From a virus (taxonomy: Duplodnaviria > Caudoviricetes): DNA of 36,634 nt. Shown here piece after piece: positions 24,184-34,819 of the stretch (position 1 is its first letter; each line of letters begins with the position of its first letter). The stretch covers positions 1-36,634 of IMG/VR virus record IMGVR_UViG_3300037991_005821; one strand, given 5' to 3'. A program made the translations under genes and the position numbers. The notes under the pieces are model-generated. The model ran no database searches. It saw nothing but the letters and a program-made list of their open reading frames with translations, and had not been told where the DNA came from.

Positions 24184-27100
24184 TACAGACCTCCTCCTTG
24201 TTCATCCTCATCTCCTGTTTGAACTCCTGAATAAAAACCAAATTCATCAAAACCAACATCATCAGTATAATTATTTCCCGGAATATAATTTCTTATAGAA
24301 CCTTCTACGATTTGATTAACAATATTAATAACATCTATTACATTGATAATGCCATCTTGATTAACATCTTGAACTAACAACTCAAATTCTGAAACATCCC
24401 CAGATGTTATTGTGCTTATAAGTTCTACAAGATCTTGAACATTCACCTCTCCATCTAAGTTAGCATCTCCTAAAAATTGACCATTTAAAACTGACTCATA
24501 AAAAAGATATAAAGTATGTAAATCACTTAAATCTTCCATTGTTATAATTCCATCTTTATTTATGTCTGCTGCATTTTTTTGAACTGTTGTAAAATATTTT
24601 TCTGATGTTTGTATAAAATACTTTTCAAAAAGGTTGTAATCTTCTAAATAAACAAATTCTTGTTGGCTAGAATCAATCATTCTTGTAATACTTCCAACCT
24701 TGCAATCGAATGTTGGCATTAAGTCGTGTAGCTGAACACATTTTAAACTTACTCCCTTTAACTTCCTCGTAATTTTAGTAATTATAAAGTATGGATATAT
24801 GTTTTGCCCATTTCTTTTTACAGGCTGTGTGTAATCTTCACCATAAGCCTTAATATCTTCTATTAACTTATCAAACTTAATAACATCACCTGCTTCTAAA
24901 TTGATATATTTTATTGGAAGTTCTAAATTGAATATATTGTGCTGATTGCAATTATACATATAAAGAAAGTTTCTTAAAGATGTTGCAGTATATTTATCTC
25001 TAATATGATCACTTTCATATTCTAAAACTTTATTTTCTCTTTCTAAGCCCAAATATTGATAGCTATAACCATCTTCTCTACCCTCAGCTTCCTCTATTCC
25101 ATCTCCATTACCAAACATATCATAACCATCTACATATCCAGTTTCTCTCATATACTCATCTTCTGCATAATCTTTTTTATATTTAACATTTACAATAGTA
25201 TGTATATCTTCTAAAGGTGTTCTTGTAAAATTATATTTAAGAATATCGTCAGTATTAATAGTTATGTTTACATCTTCATCACCATAGGTGTTTTTTATAT
25301 AAGAACAAGTAAACTCAGAGTTACTTCTAAATTTAGGCAATAACTTGGTATCTTTAGATAAATCTTCAATAAACTCTTTTCCTTTTTTAATTTCATTTAT
25401 TGTAAAAGCATAAGCATTTAGCTCATGTGCTTCTAGTGATAAATTTAATCCTTCTAAGTCTAAATTTGTATAGTCTAATTCTTTTTCTAAAAAGTCTGTT
25501 ATAATAACTGATGGATTTTCTATTAAAGAAATTTCTCCATCTTGACCTTCTCTAGTTCTTCCAAAAACATCAACATAAAAAGGACTATCTAAAGCCTTTT
25601 CAAAAATAATATAATGAACAAGACCGACTGAATAAATGTCTGTTGATAAGCGAACAGGGTAATCAGCACCACTTGCTAAAAGTGTATTAACTCTATATGT
25701 TAAATTTAAAGTTGTAAAAGTAGATGGATCAAAATAATTTAATCTTGCAAGTCCATCTGTAGAAGTGTAGTTATCATTTTCTGAGTTTAAATCAGTATCT
25801 TCTGATGGATAATCTTGTGGATCAGAACTCCACCATTGCTCAGTTCCATCAACTTGCTGAGTCGTTTTATCAATTAATTTAACAGCATCATCATCTATTA
25901 TTTCACTTAAATCAAAATCTACAACATCTATTGGAGCTACAGACAATACAAATCTTGTGCTAGGTGCACTAATAGTATCATCTGATATAAAACATTTTAT
26001 TTTACCATGAAAAAATGTGTCTGTATGTATTTCATCTGATATGTCTAAATCTCCAAGAGGAAACATTAAACTTAATCTTCTATCTGGAAGTGAATCAATT
26101 GTGTCTTCTGCTTGTATTTGAAAATAATTGCCTGAAGGTCTTAAAGAGCCATAAGAACCAAAAGCAATCGTATCATAACCACCTTCTACATAAGAGTTAT
26201 GTGCTCTGTGAGTGTTTGGAAATATGGTGTTTTTAGTAATCCTTATTTTGTTTTTTGCTTCAGGAATTGCATCAAAAGGATTGTCAAGCTGTGCATTAAA
26301 TTCAGTTAAATAAGCAAGAGTATCTCCTACATTTTCAATATTTTTTTTAGCCCATAAAACCCAAGATTGTTGAGGATTGTCAAACATATCAGTTTCTCTA
26401 GTTCTCATATGATTCCATCCTGCATAATACATACCATAACTACCAAACCATGCTCCTCCTGAATTAAAATCAGAGCCAGTATGAAAATATTGTTGATTAT
26501 GACCAAAAGTATTAAATTCTGTTTTTTTAACTCCAAAACTTCTAAAAAATTGCCTACCAGAATTAAATGAATTAGTTAATTGGTAAGGTACAAATTCTTC
26601 AAAATCCTCTGAATTAAATAAATATGGATGCCCATCTCCCAAATTAAATAAATTATAAACTTTTGTTGTTCCACTATTAGGCAAAGCATCAAACATATTA
26701 ATAGTATTATTATCCATAGTAACACAGACATAATCTGCTCCAAAAACATCTTTATAATTATTTTTTATTCCTCTAAAATAAAAGAATGGTTGTGGACAAT
26801 TTATTTTTTCTCCAGTTGCAGAAAATTGTTCATCAAACCAAGTTCCATCAGTGCTAAAAGCATTTAAACCCTCATAATTAGAGTCATCATATACAAAATG
26901 AGGCTGAATCCCCTTGCTTCCACTCCAAGGTTGTGTATCATAATTAAATCCAATAGGCACATTTTCTGAGTTTAAAATTTGATTATTTACTACTTCTCTT
27001 AATCTATTTTTAATTCCTTGTGCTGTTGGAAATTGTTTAAATACGATACTTGGATCATCATATCCTTGATTATTTATTATGTCAGAATATAAATACAACC

Positions 27101-28349
27101 ATTCATAAATTCTGTGCCCCCAAGTAACAGATGAAATACTAGGAAAAAACATACCTTTATTATTTGCATTATATTGATGTAATCTAAACCCATCATATAA
27201 ATATTCATTATCTTCAGTTATTAAATTATTAGGTATTTGTGCTCTAGTATCAAAATAACTATCAGGATTAAATATAGTAGGATTTATATTACTGCTAGAT
27301 AAAACTTGAAATGGATTATCTACTGCAAATTCAGGGTTTAAAATATCAACATTTATATTTTCATAAGAAAATCCATAATTATCAGTTTCTTCTTCTCCAA
27401 AATCATTTGTCATTAACATACATTGATTTGGAAATCTTACCTTAACACATTGAAACTCATTAAATGCAGGAGGATTTTGTGGTATAACTCCTTGATGCTT
27501 TTTTCTTATTTCTATAATGTCATTGTTAATTGTATATTGCTCCTCATCTCCCCAACTCCAATCTTCTGTATCATAATCAGCACCACCAGTAATTACATCT
27601 GAGTTGTAGTCTTGCAATACTTGATAATAAGAATCTTTGTAGATATATAAAGGATTGTTTCCTTGCTCTAAAGATGATATGTATTCACTTTCTATACTTG
27701 ACACTCCTTGTAGCTGTATGTTCCTATCTGGATCTACTGTATTTACAGCATCACATACAATGCGAACACTAACTTCATCTTCTGGATTTTCTTTGTCTAT
27801 ATAGGGAATAGCAGGTGATTTATCAACCTTTCCATATACAATAGGTATAGGCTTGTTTACATAATCTTTATTATAAACATTGTTTGTATAGCCAGTATTA
27901 GAAATGGGAACATTTTTCTTTAAAACATCTTCTGTAAAATCTTCCAAATCTATCTTTACTGTTTTGGAATCGTGATTTAACTTTCTTATAGCTCCCTTAA
28001 ATATCAACAAACAATCTTCTAAACTAGTACAAGTTTGTGTTTTGTAATATAACTCTGCTTCTTTATTTAAAAGCCCTCTTTCAAATATAAAATCACTAAA
28101 TCTTTTACCATTTATTTCATAGTTAGATATTGTAAAGGAAACTTTATTTATTTGAATTGTTTTATTTTTTATGTCTATAGAGTCAGTAGTAGATGTAACA
28201 TTTAAATTATAATCTTCTAAAAATATATCGCTATTTAAACTTCCCTTTACTGTAGATATATAAATATCATTATCAATAACTAATAATGGTGTTATATTCG
28301 TTTCTTTATACTGAATATCATTATTAAATTTCTCTGATAAATTTAACAT
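24183..28349 (-). CDS. Large tail-tip / hub protein with C-terminal dockerin-type (EF-hand-like) repeats
   Basis: Follows the tape measure; PIPIVYG and LEAGDVIKF hub motifs; DINKDGIITMED, GDANLDGEVNVQD and DVNQDGIINVID. Confidence 0.8.
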   Translation of the reverse strand: MLNLSEKFNNDIQYKETNITPLLVIDNDIYISTVKGSLNSDIFLEDYNLNVTSTTDSIDIKNKTIQINKVSFTISNYEINGKRFSDFIFERGLLNKEAELYYKTQTCTSLEDCLLIFKGAIRKLNHDSKTVKIDLEDFTEDVLKKNVPISNTGYTNNVYNKDYVNKPIPIVYGKVDKSPAIPYIDKENPEDEVSVRIVCDAVNTVDPDRNIQLQGVSSIESEYISSLEQGNNPLYIYKDSYYQVLQDYNSDVITGGADYDTEDWSWGDEEQYTINNDIIEIRKKHQGVIPQNPPAFNEFQCVKVRFPNQCMLMTNDFGEEETDNYGFSYENINVDILNPEFAVDNPFQVLSSSNINPTIFNPDSYFDTRAQIPNNLITEDNEYLYDGFRLHQYNANNKGMFFPSISSVTWGHRIYEWLYLYSDIINNQGYDDPSIVFKQFPTAQGIKNRLREVVNNQILNSENVPIGFNYDTQPWSGSKGIQPHFVYDDSNYEGLNAFSTDGTWFDEQFSATGEKINCPQPFFYFRGIKNNYKDVFGADYVCVTMDNNTINMFDALPNSGTTKVYNLFNLGDGHPYLFNSEDFEEFVPYQLTNSFNSGRQFFRSFGVKKTEFNTFGHNQQYFHTGSDFNSGGAWFGSYGMYYAGWNHMRTRETDMFDNPQQSWVLWAKKNIENVGDTLAYLTEFNAQLDNPFDAIPEAKNKIRITKNTIFPNTHRAHNSYVEGGYDTIAFGSYGSLRPSGNYFQIQAEDTIDSLPDRRLSLMFPLGDLDISDEIHTDTFFHGKIKCFISDDTISAPSTRFVLSVAPIDVVDFDLSEIIDDDAVKLIDKTTQQVDGTEQWWSSDPQDYPSEDTDLNSENDNYTSTDGLARLNYFDPSTFTTLNLTYRVNTLLASGADYPVRLSTDIYSVGLVHYIIFEKALDSPFYVDVFGRTREGQDGEISLIENPSVIITDFLEKELDYTNLDLEGLNLSLEAHELNAYAFTINEIKKGKEFIEDLSKDTKLLPKFRSNSEFTCSYIKNTYGDEDVNITINTDDILKYNFTRTPLEDIHTIVNVKYKKDYAEDEYMRETGYVDGYDMFGNGDGIEEAEGREDGYSYQYLGLERENKVLEYESDHIRDKYTATSLRNFLYMYNCNQHNIFNLELPIKYINLEAGDVIKFDKLIEDIKAYGEDYTQPVKRNGQNIYPYFIITKITRKLKGVSLKCVQLHDLMPTFDCKVGSITRMIDSSQQEFVYLEDYNLFEKYFIQTSEKYFTTVQKNAADINKDGIITMEDLSDLHTLYLFYESVLNGQFLGDANLDGEVNVQDLVELISTITSGDVSEFELLVQDVNQDGIINVIDVINIVNQIVEGSIRNYIPGNNYTDDVGFDEFGFYSGVQTGDEDEQGGGL

Positions 28350-30712
28350 TAACTTACTCCTATATCAGCACCTCTACGAATTGCCTCTTTTATTTTAGGG
28401 ATTGCTTCGTTTTCTACAAAATCATCTGACATTACATTTCCTGCAAATGAAACATTAACTCCTGCTCCACCACCTTGATTAATTCTATTCATTGTTTCAA
28501 GCCCTACAGAGTCTACAGCAGCTCTACTCATAACAAACTCACCTCTTTCTGCTTCAATCATAGTACCACCTTGAGAATGAAGATTTCCTCCAACATAACC
28601 CCCAGTAGCAAATTTTTGTGCTTGAATTTCTTTTACTTGAGCTAATCCTAATGCACCCACAAATGCTGATAAAATACCTTTAGTAACTGGATCAGTTCCC
28701 ATACGAGGATTTGACCATATCTCCATAATAGAAACAGCAGTATTCATTATTGTTTGAGCTATTTTTGTTCTTTGCATTTCTTTGTTGTGTTTTTTTTGCC
28801 TAGCAGCAAATTTTTCTTCTATTTTTTCAATTTCTTTAGCTCTTTTTCTTTCACTTTTAATAGATTGAGCTGCTTGAATTTCTGCTGCTCTCCCTGCATC
28901 TAACTGAGCTTGCCTCATTTGTCCATAAGCATTTGCTGCTGCTATAACAGATTCAGCTATCATAATGCCTTTTTCTTGTGCAGTAAATACTTTTTGCTGG
29001 GTAGTGTCTATATTGTTTAAATTTTCAATAATTTCAAGTTGAACTTCTTTAGAGAGATTTAAAAGTTCTAATTGTTCTTTTAATCCTGCCATCTCAGCTT
29101 CATCAAAAGCATCTGACTGAACATCTACATAACCCTCTAGAGCTTTTTTAGCATCCTCATACTGAATTTCTAAATCATGAATATTTCTTTTCAATTTATG
29201 ATGCTCTTGTGAGGTAACACCATAAGCATTTACTTCATTTCGATTTTCTGACAAATAATCTTTTAAAGCACTTTGAGCATTTTTTAGTGCAACAGAAGAT
29301 TCAGCATAAGAAGTTTGTAGTTTTCTTCTTGCTTTCTCATTTACCTCAAGGTCATGTAATTCAGTTTGAGAAGCATCTCCTAATAATTTTATTCTAGTTT
29401 GAATACTAGAACTTTCTTTATCAATATTCGCTATATTTAGTTCTGCTTGCCTTTTTTTAATTTTATTATGTGCTTTTGATATGTCTAGTAATTCTTGTAG
29501 GGTTGATTTTTCTTCAAGAACAGAATTTTTTACATCTAAAGCACTAACAACTAAGTTTTCATTAGTATCATTCAATAATTTTGATGCTTCTGCATTTTTC
29601 TTTAAAATATCTTCAAGTTCTTTTAATTCATCATCTGAATCACTAGCAGCATTTCTTAATCCAAAAAATGATGCTGTCATTTCAGCTAATGCAACAGTTG
29701 CTCCAACTAGCAATCCTATCTTAGCAAATTTCATAAAGCCTCTAACTGCAAAAGCTGCAGCAGTCGCTGCTCCACTAACTGCAAGGTATGCAGCCCCAAC
29801 ACCTGAAAGAGCCATTCCATAAACCACTAATAGCTCAGGGTTTGATAATATTTTCATAACCTCTGTTAAAGGTGTTATTAATCTTGATCCAATAGCTTCT
29901 TGAAATTCTTTAAATGTTTCGTTTAATGCTTTTAATTGATTTGCAAAATCTTCAGATGTCCTAGCTGCATCTCCTATAGCATCTGAACTTCCTTTTGTAA
30001 TTAAACTTAATCTTGCTTGAACTTTTGCTGATTCTGATAACTCTCCTTTACCATTATGGAGTCCTAAGTTAAATGCTTCTTGTTTTAGGGCAGATTGAGT
30101 TAAAATTATTCCATATTTTCTTACAGTTTCGTGATTACCCACAATAGCACTTTGGAAATCTCTAAGAACATCTGCATCTAGTTTATTATTAAAACTTGCA
30201 ACATCTATTGCTAATTTCGTCATTGATGTAGAAAGTTGAGCTGCAACCTCCCTAGTAAAGCCTAAGGGTACAAATGTATCTTGAAGTGTAGAAACCATTG
30301 ACATTAAACTTGAAGTAGCTCTACCTACACTATTTCCTAAGTTTTCAGCCCACTTCTTAACTATCTCTATATTATCACCAAATACTACAGAAGATTTGTT
30401 TAAGGTTTCATTATAATCAGAACTAGCTTTAGCTAAATTTAAAAGTGGTCGAATAGCAATACCCATAGCAAAAGAAGCAAGTAGCATTTGTGAACGAAGA
30501 ACTGAAAAAGCTCCTGATGTATTTCTTGCATCATGACCTAATGTAAATAATCCTTTTGATGTTTTCTTCTGTTGTTGACTTAATTTTTTTTGTTGATCTA
30601 TTAAAGGTTGATGTGTTTTTGTTAGCTTATTGTGAGATGCAGTTAAGGCATCTATGTGTCTTTTTAAACCTTGATCTTTAAAATCAAATATTATCGTTAA
30701 TTTTTCAGCCAT
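28349..30712 (-). CDS. Tape measure protein (787 aa)
   Basis: Helical, Ala/Leu-rich, hydrophobic segments, FATGGYV...GEFVMS C-terminus; follows the chaperones. Confidence 0.9.
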   Translation of the reverse strand: MAEKLTIIFDFKDQGLKRHIDALTASHNKLTKTHQPLIDQQKKLSQQQKKTSKGLFTLGHDARNTSGAFSVLRSQMLLASFAMGIAIRPLLNLAKASSDYNETLNKSSVVFGDNIEIVKKWAENLGNSVGRATSSLMSMVSTLQDTFVPLGFTREVAAQLSTSMTKLAIDVASFNNKLDADVLRDFQSAIVGNHETVRKYGIILTQSALKQEAFNLGLHNGKGELSESAKVQARLSLITKGSSDAIGDAARTSEDFANQLKALNETFKEFQEAIGSRLITPLTEVMKILSNPELLVVYGMALSGVGAAYLAVSGAATAAAFAVRGFMKFAKIGLLVGATVALAEMTASFFGLRNAASDSDDELKELEDILKKNAEASKLLNDTNENLVVSALDVKNSVLEEKSTLQELLDISKAHNKIKKRQAELNIANIDKESSSIQTRIKLLGDASQTELHDLEVNEKARRKLQTSYAESSVALKNAQSALKDYLSENRNEVNAYGVTSQEHHKLKRNIHDLEIQYEDAKKALEGYVDVQSDAFDEAEMAGLKEQLELLNLSKEVQLEIIENLNNIDTTQQKVFTAQEKGIMIAESVIAAANAYGQMRQAQLDAGRAAEIQAAQSIKSERKRAKEIEKIEEKFAARQKKHNKEMQRTKIAQTIMNTAVSIMEIWSNPRMGTDPVTKGILSAFVGALGLAQVKEIQAQKFATGGYVGGNLHSQGGTMIEAERGEFVMSRAAVDSVGLETMNRINQGGGAGVNVSFAGNVMSDDFVENEAIPKIKEAIRRGADIGVS

Positions 30713-31166
30713 TTTTTCTCTCTTGTTTAGCTTTGTCTATTTGCATTTTTTCTAATTTTGCAAAAGAACTTTTTATTATAAAATATTTTTCTACCCAAAT
30801 TGCAGGATGTTCATTGTAAGAGCCTTCATATGGACTTGTGCCTAAGTCTTTGCAGTAAACATATCTTTGTATATCTTTTTGTATAGACTTGCTGTAAAAT
30901 ATATTCCTACAAGCAAAAAAAGGCATTTGAGCATTGATAGACTGTGCTAAATCAAACTCTTTGCCTTTTTCATTTGCATCTTTGACTTCTTCAATTAATA
31001 AGTCAATAATCTCCCAAACATCTTCATCACAAGTAAATTCTTTTGTAGAATATTTACCATCTATTCTGATAGGAAGTTGTGCTTTGTAGGGGAAACTATG
31101 AAACTGACAGCCTCCACAGGTGTTTCCAAGAATATTAAGTTCTATTTGGAGACTTTGCCTTCCCCC
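30705..31166 (-). CDS. Tail assembly chaperone gpT-like segment (-1 frame extension)
   Basis: Frame is open from the slippery site to 30705, far upstream of the annotated Met at 30926; fusion product about 240 aa. Confidence 0.75.
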   Translation of the reverse strand, partial: GGRQSLQIELNILGNTCGGCQFHSFPYKAQLPIRIDGKYSTKEFTCDEDVWEIIDLLIEEVKDANEKGKEFDLAQSINAQMPFFACRNIFYSKSIQKDIQRYVYCKDLGTSPYEGSYNEHPAIWVEKYFIIKSSFAKLEKMQIDKAKQERKNG

Positions 31167-31426
31167 AATGTTAATTTCTCTTGTATTTTAACGAAAGCAT
31201 CTGTTCTATCTTCTAAAGACCATTTTACAAGTTCTTCATCTGAGTTTCCATCAGCAAGACAAGTTCTAAGCCATTTAGTAATAGTTTTATTCATCATCTT
31301 AACACCCTTCATATTACCATTACTATCCCACTCATACTCAATGCTATCCATTAATTCATCTCTTTCATCTAAAGAAATATTTTCTTTAATTTTAAAAGAC
31401 TTACCTGATTTTAGTTTGATTTCCAT
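31142..31426 (-). CDS. Tail assembly chaperone gpG-like
   Basis: Between tail tube and tape measure; ends ...LGE-GKVSK. Confidence 0.8.
   Translation of the reverse strand: MEIKLKSGKSFKIKENISLDERDELMDSIEYEWDSNGNMKGVKMMNKTITKWLRTCLADGNSDEELVKWSLEDRTDAFVKIQEKLTLGEGKVSK
31160..31166 (-). other. -1 programmed frameshift slippery site GGGGGAA
   Basis: TTG GGG GAA (Leu-Gly-Glu) near the stop, with the -1 frame open downstream. Confidence 0.75.
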
Positions 31427-31442
31427 ACATCCTCTTATTTAA

Positions 31443-32462
31443 TTAACAAGCAACTTCTACTAGAGCATTTGATCCATCACCAACTGCTTTAGCAGAAACA
31501 TCCAACATCATTACATCACCTTCATTAAATGCAACATTAGTTAAAATTGTTTTTGGCATACTTATACCAAAACTGCCATCAGCTAGTGCATCTTGATGAT
31601 TTAATTTAGTTTCTTGTGCAGCAGTTGCAGCTTGTTGAGTTTGATTGTTAAAGCTAGCCATTAAAGGCTCTGTATTAGCATCATATTTAGCTGTAACATC
31701 TAAAGTAGCAGAAAACTCACCTGCTCTTGATACAGTTTCATATCCAGTTGTTGATAATCCAACAAATGTTGCAGGGTTTTCTAATGTTAATGTAAATGCA
31801 CTTAAAACTAAATCATCAACTCCATATATTTTTCTATAGGCAACATCAGACCAGTTGCTCATAAAGTAATTTTCACTAGCAGCAAAAGTAGTATCTACTG
31901 TTGTTGAAGCATCTGACAAATCTTCTACTACAGTTCCTGTTTGAAATGTTACTGAAAATTTAATTCTTCCACCTTCTGTTCCTGCATCTCCACTTAAAGA
32001 AAGGCTAGTTACAACACAATCCTTAAATGACAAATCTGAATTACTTAAAGGGGATTTTACTACAACAGAAAGCAATGTTCCTGCTTGACTTGAGTCTGAT
32101 TTTCCAACCGACTGAACTCCCGCATTAGATGCAAAACTATAAATCCCACTCGCACTTCCTTCTGCTTCTCCTGTTATATTTTCTAAAAGCATATCAAGTG
32201 CTGCAGTTGTAGCAGTTCCTGATACTGATATTTCTTTTACTGATGCTTTATTGTCTTGAAAGAAATCTTCTTTTTGCAACACCCTACTTCCAGTTCTAAC
32301 ATCAAGAGCTTGTGTTGGATTTAAAGATGGTGTTCCCACAGAATCAACATCTAAAGCATGATAAGCATTTCCACCCCCTGCTTCTATAGTTCCAAAAGCA
32401 TCTTGTTCTGCTATTAAGACTTGAAATTGTTTAGGTGAAAAGGCTGCTGTATTGATAGCCAT
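31443..32462 (-). CDS. Major tail (tube) protein
   Basis: 339 aa, acidic and Ser/Thr/Ala-rich; FKDCVVTSLSLS and FTLTLEN; upstream of the chaperones. Confidence 0.75.
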   Translation of the reverse strand: MAINTAAFSPKQFQVLIAEQDAFGTIEAGGGNAYHALDVDSVGTPSLNPTQALDVRTGSRVLQKEDFFQDNKASVKEISVSGTATTAALDMLLENITGEAEGSASGIYSFASNAGVQSVGKSDSSQAGTLLSVVVKSPLSNSDLSFKDCVVTSLSLSGDAGTEGGRIKFSVTFQTGTVVEDLSDASTTVDTTFAASENYFMSNWSDVAYRKIYGVDDLVLSAFTLTLENPATFVGLSTTGYETVSRAGEFSATLDVTAKYDANTEPLMASFNNQTQQAATAAQETKLNHQDALADGSFGISMPKTILTNVAFNEGDVMMLDVSAKAVGDGSNALVEVAC

Positions 32463-32465
32463 TTC

Positions 32466-32654
32466 TTACTTCTCCTTATTTTTTTTAACTTTTTGAATTT
32501 TTTCCACATAATCCCAAGCAGGCTTTGGAACTTTCTCAACCTCAACTTGCTTTCCAGAATTAATCTTTTCTATTATTGAAGATTCATAACCCTTGTGTGT
32601 AAAACACCATAACTTTGTTATAGGGTTATCTTTATCTTTAATTTTAATTTTCAT
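32466..32654 (-). CDS. Small basic hypothetical protein (62 aa)
   Basis: AGGAG SD; position between tail terminator and tube. Confidence 0.65.
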   Translation of the reverse strand: MKIKIKDKDNPITKLWCFTHKGYESSIIEKINSGKQVEVEKVPKPAWDYVEKIQKVKKNKEK

Positions 32655-32662
32655 ATTTGCTC

Positions 32663-33100
32663 CTAAGCTGCATTACTTAAATGTTGGCACTTATACTGCC
32701 ATTGAACTACATAAACATTAGATTCTTCGTCTGTGTTTAAATCTGTAGAGTCAAATCTGCAATTAAATGCAAATGTGCTATCAGAAAGAGTCATTGTCAT
32801 ATTATCGTGTATTAATGCTTCTATTCTTGAAACATATCTAAGCACATGATCTAAGGCTGTTTCTCTTATGTTAGCCTCATTAAATAAGAATGTAACATTA
32901 ATTGTATATTCTCTTGTTTCAGAAAGAGTGTTATACTCTGTTAAAACACTACCAGTAGGAACTAGTTTAAGTGCTTGATTGACACCTTTAGGTACAGTAT
33001 TGCCTTTATAAACAGGCAATGCACCTTTAAACTCTGCCTCAATTATAGACTCTAACTTGTCTAAAATATTCTTAAAATTGTTTGTAAAAGTTACTGCCAT
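32663..33100 (-). CDS. Tail terminator / completion protein (putative)
   Basis: 145 aa; synteny. Confidence 0.55.
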   Translation of the reverse strand: MAVTFTNNFKNILDKLESIIEAEFKGALPVYKGNTVPKGVNQALKLVPTGSVLTEYNTLSETREYTINVTFLFNEANIRETALDHVLRYVSRIEALIHDNMTMTLSDSTFAFNCRFDSTDLNTDEESNVYVVQWQYKCQHLSNAA

Positions 33101-33101
33101 T

Positions 33102-34127
33102 TTAGTAATTTTCCAAATTTCGTGGTCTATGGTATTTGGTCAAGCCTTTTCCTCCACCTCTTGTCATTTTTACACTATTCATTGCAGAATTATCTACTTC
33201 TTCTTGAAACCCTGCTACCTCTATTTCCCACTCATCATTCGCTGTGGCTGTGCTTGCTGATATACCTGATGATGCAGTTGCATTTTCGCCACCAAATCTT
33301 ATTTGTAATCCATAAGCAAGGCTTTGATAATCTCCAGTAATAACTTCTTCATTTACTAGCTGAGTATTTTTCAGTCCAGTACCATCTTTAATAAAAACAT
33401 TGTATTTAGCAGTTCCTATTGCTCCTGCTGTATCTGCACTAATTTTAACTTTAATTAAGTCATAATCAACTCCAGAAGCTCTGCCTTTTAAATCTACTGG
33501 TCTTACACTTCCTGATGTATAAGTAACATCTCTTATAATTCCTTTTGATGAGTCGCCTGTTGTCTGCCATGATAATGCTGCTCCTCCTTTATTTAGAGAA
33601 TCTATATTTCCTTGTGCATCTTCCATTAAAGCTGTTGCTATTTCAGATGTTGGATCGTGGCTTGTAATTAGAAATGAAGCAGCTATAAGTGCAGTTGTTC
33701 TAACTATAATGTAATCAAAATTACCTGCTTTATCTTTAAATTGTTCTTTAGGAAGATTAGGATCAAGTTTAGCATCTAAGTATCTACTAGCATTTGCTGT
33801 GATTCTTGTGATTAATGCAGAAAATTCTTCTCCTGATTCTACAAGTTTATCATTTGGATTACTTGCTGAGTAGTAATAAGTAATATCTTCTGCACTATTA
33901 TAAAACCATTCTCCCTCGACATTTAGGTCTGTATGGGCAGATTGAGCTGCTCCTAAATCTTCCCCATCAACAAATAGTTGAGTCGTTAATCCACTATTGT
34001 GTGCTGCATATTTATTTGTTGTTACTTCTGTCCATCCATATAAAGCTCTTTTAGTATCAAATGAATCTACTTGTGGAAATACATCTTTTAATTCTCTATG
34101 TGTGCAATATGTTGGTGCTGTTGCCAT
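33102..34127 (-). CDS. Head-tail adaptor with inserted domains (putative)
   Basis: N-terminal YCTHRELK and ANASRYLDAKL resemble gp6/gp15/Mu gp36-type connectors. Confidence 0.55.
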   Translation of the reverse strand: MATAPTYCTHRELKDVFPQVDSFDTKRALYGWTEVTTNKYAAHNSGLTTQLFVDGEDLGAAQSAHTDLNVEGEWFYNSAEDITYYYSASNPNDKLVESGEEFSALITRITANASRYLDAKLDPNLPKEQFKDKAGNFDYIIVRTTALIAASFLITSHDPTSEIATALMEDAQGNIDSLNKGGAALSWQTTGDSSKGIIRDVTYTSGSVRPVDLKGRASGVDYDLIKVKISADTAGAIGTAKYNVFIKDGTGLKNTQLVNEEVITGDYQSLAYGLQIRFGGENATASSGISASTATANDEWEIEVAGFQEEVDNSAMNSVKMTRGGGKGLTKYHRPRNLENY

Positions 34128-34372
34128 TATTTACCTCTCATTTTCCTTCTAACTTTTTTTGAATAACTTGCTCTTTGTTTCCCTGCTTTTGTGGCTTTTC
34201 TTTTCTTTCTATTTTCATAAGCCTTTTGAGCAGGTGTTAAAGAAGCTCTTACAGATTTAGGCAAATATCTACCTCTTTTACTTTTAGGCTTTTTCTTATC
34301 TTTAGGGCTAATATAATCCCACTTCTGTGCAGTCCATTTCTTTAATGATTTTTGAGATTTTTTTAATGCCAC
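34127..34372 (-). CDS. Highly basic small protein (DUF5872-like, second half)
   Basis: SQKSLKKWTAQKW...GRYLPK...KRKATKAGKQ. Confidence 0.7.
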   Translation of the reverse strand: MALKKSQKSLKKWTAQKWDYISPKDKKKPKSKRGRYLPKSVRASLTPAQKAYENRKKRKATKAGKQRASYSKKVRRKMRGK

Positions 34373-34557
34373 TATTTATAACCCCCACCTTTAGCTTTAT
34401 ATTGGCGAGCAAGCATCTGTGCTTTCCTTGCACTCCATTGACCTGCTCTACCACCTTTGCTTCCTCTTAATATCTTTTGAAACAATCTTTTTCGCATTGT
34501 AGGCTTGGTATAATTACCTGCTTTATTTACTGTGCTTTTTCTTTTCTTTCTAGGCAT
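34372..34557 (-). CDS. Highly basic small protein (DUF5872-like, first half)
   Basis: NYTKPTMRKR...GQWSARKAQMLARQYKAKGGGY. Confidence 0.75.
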   Translation of the reverse strand: MPRKKRKSTVNKAGNYTKPTMRKRLFQKILRGSKGGRAGQWSARKAQMLARQYKAKGGGYK

Positions 34558-34560
34558 AGA

Positions 34561-34818
34561 CTACCACTTCTTACAAGACCAATATCTTGCTGTTGTTTTG
34601 TCTTTAGCTGTAGAACATTTATGTCTTGCTCTAAATGATTTTCTTCTAGCAGGGCTTGATTTTTTAATTCTCATATTAGGATCGCCAAACATAACTTTCT
34701 TTACTTTGTTTCCACTTTTAACAAAGACTTTAAATTTCTTACGACCATAACCTGCTTGTCCTTTGGTAATGCGAGATGGCTTATTTAATCTAACTGATTT
34801 TCCTTGATATTTTGCCAT
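34561..34818 (-). CDS. Highly basic small phage protein
   Basis: FGDPNMRIKK...RRKSFRARHKC...ARYWSCKKW, a motif set I recognise from marine phages. Confidence 0.75.
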   Translation of the reverse strand: MAKYQGKSVRLNKPSRITKGQAGYGRKKFKVFVKSGNKVKKVMFGDPNMRIKKSSPARRKSFRARHKCSTAKDKTTARYWSCKKW

Positions 34819-34819
34819 T

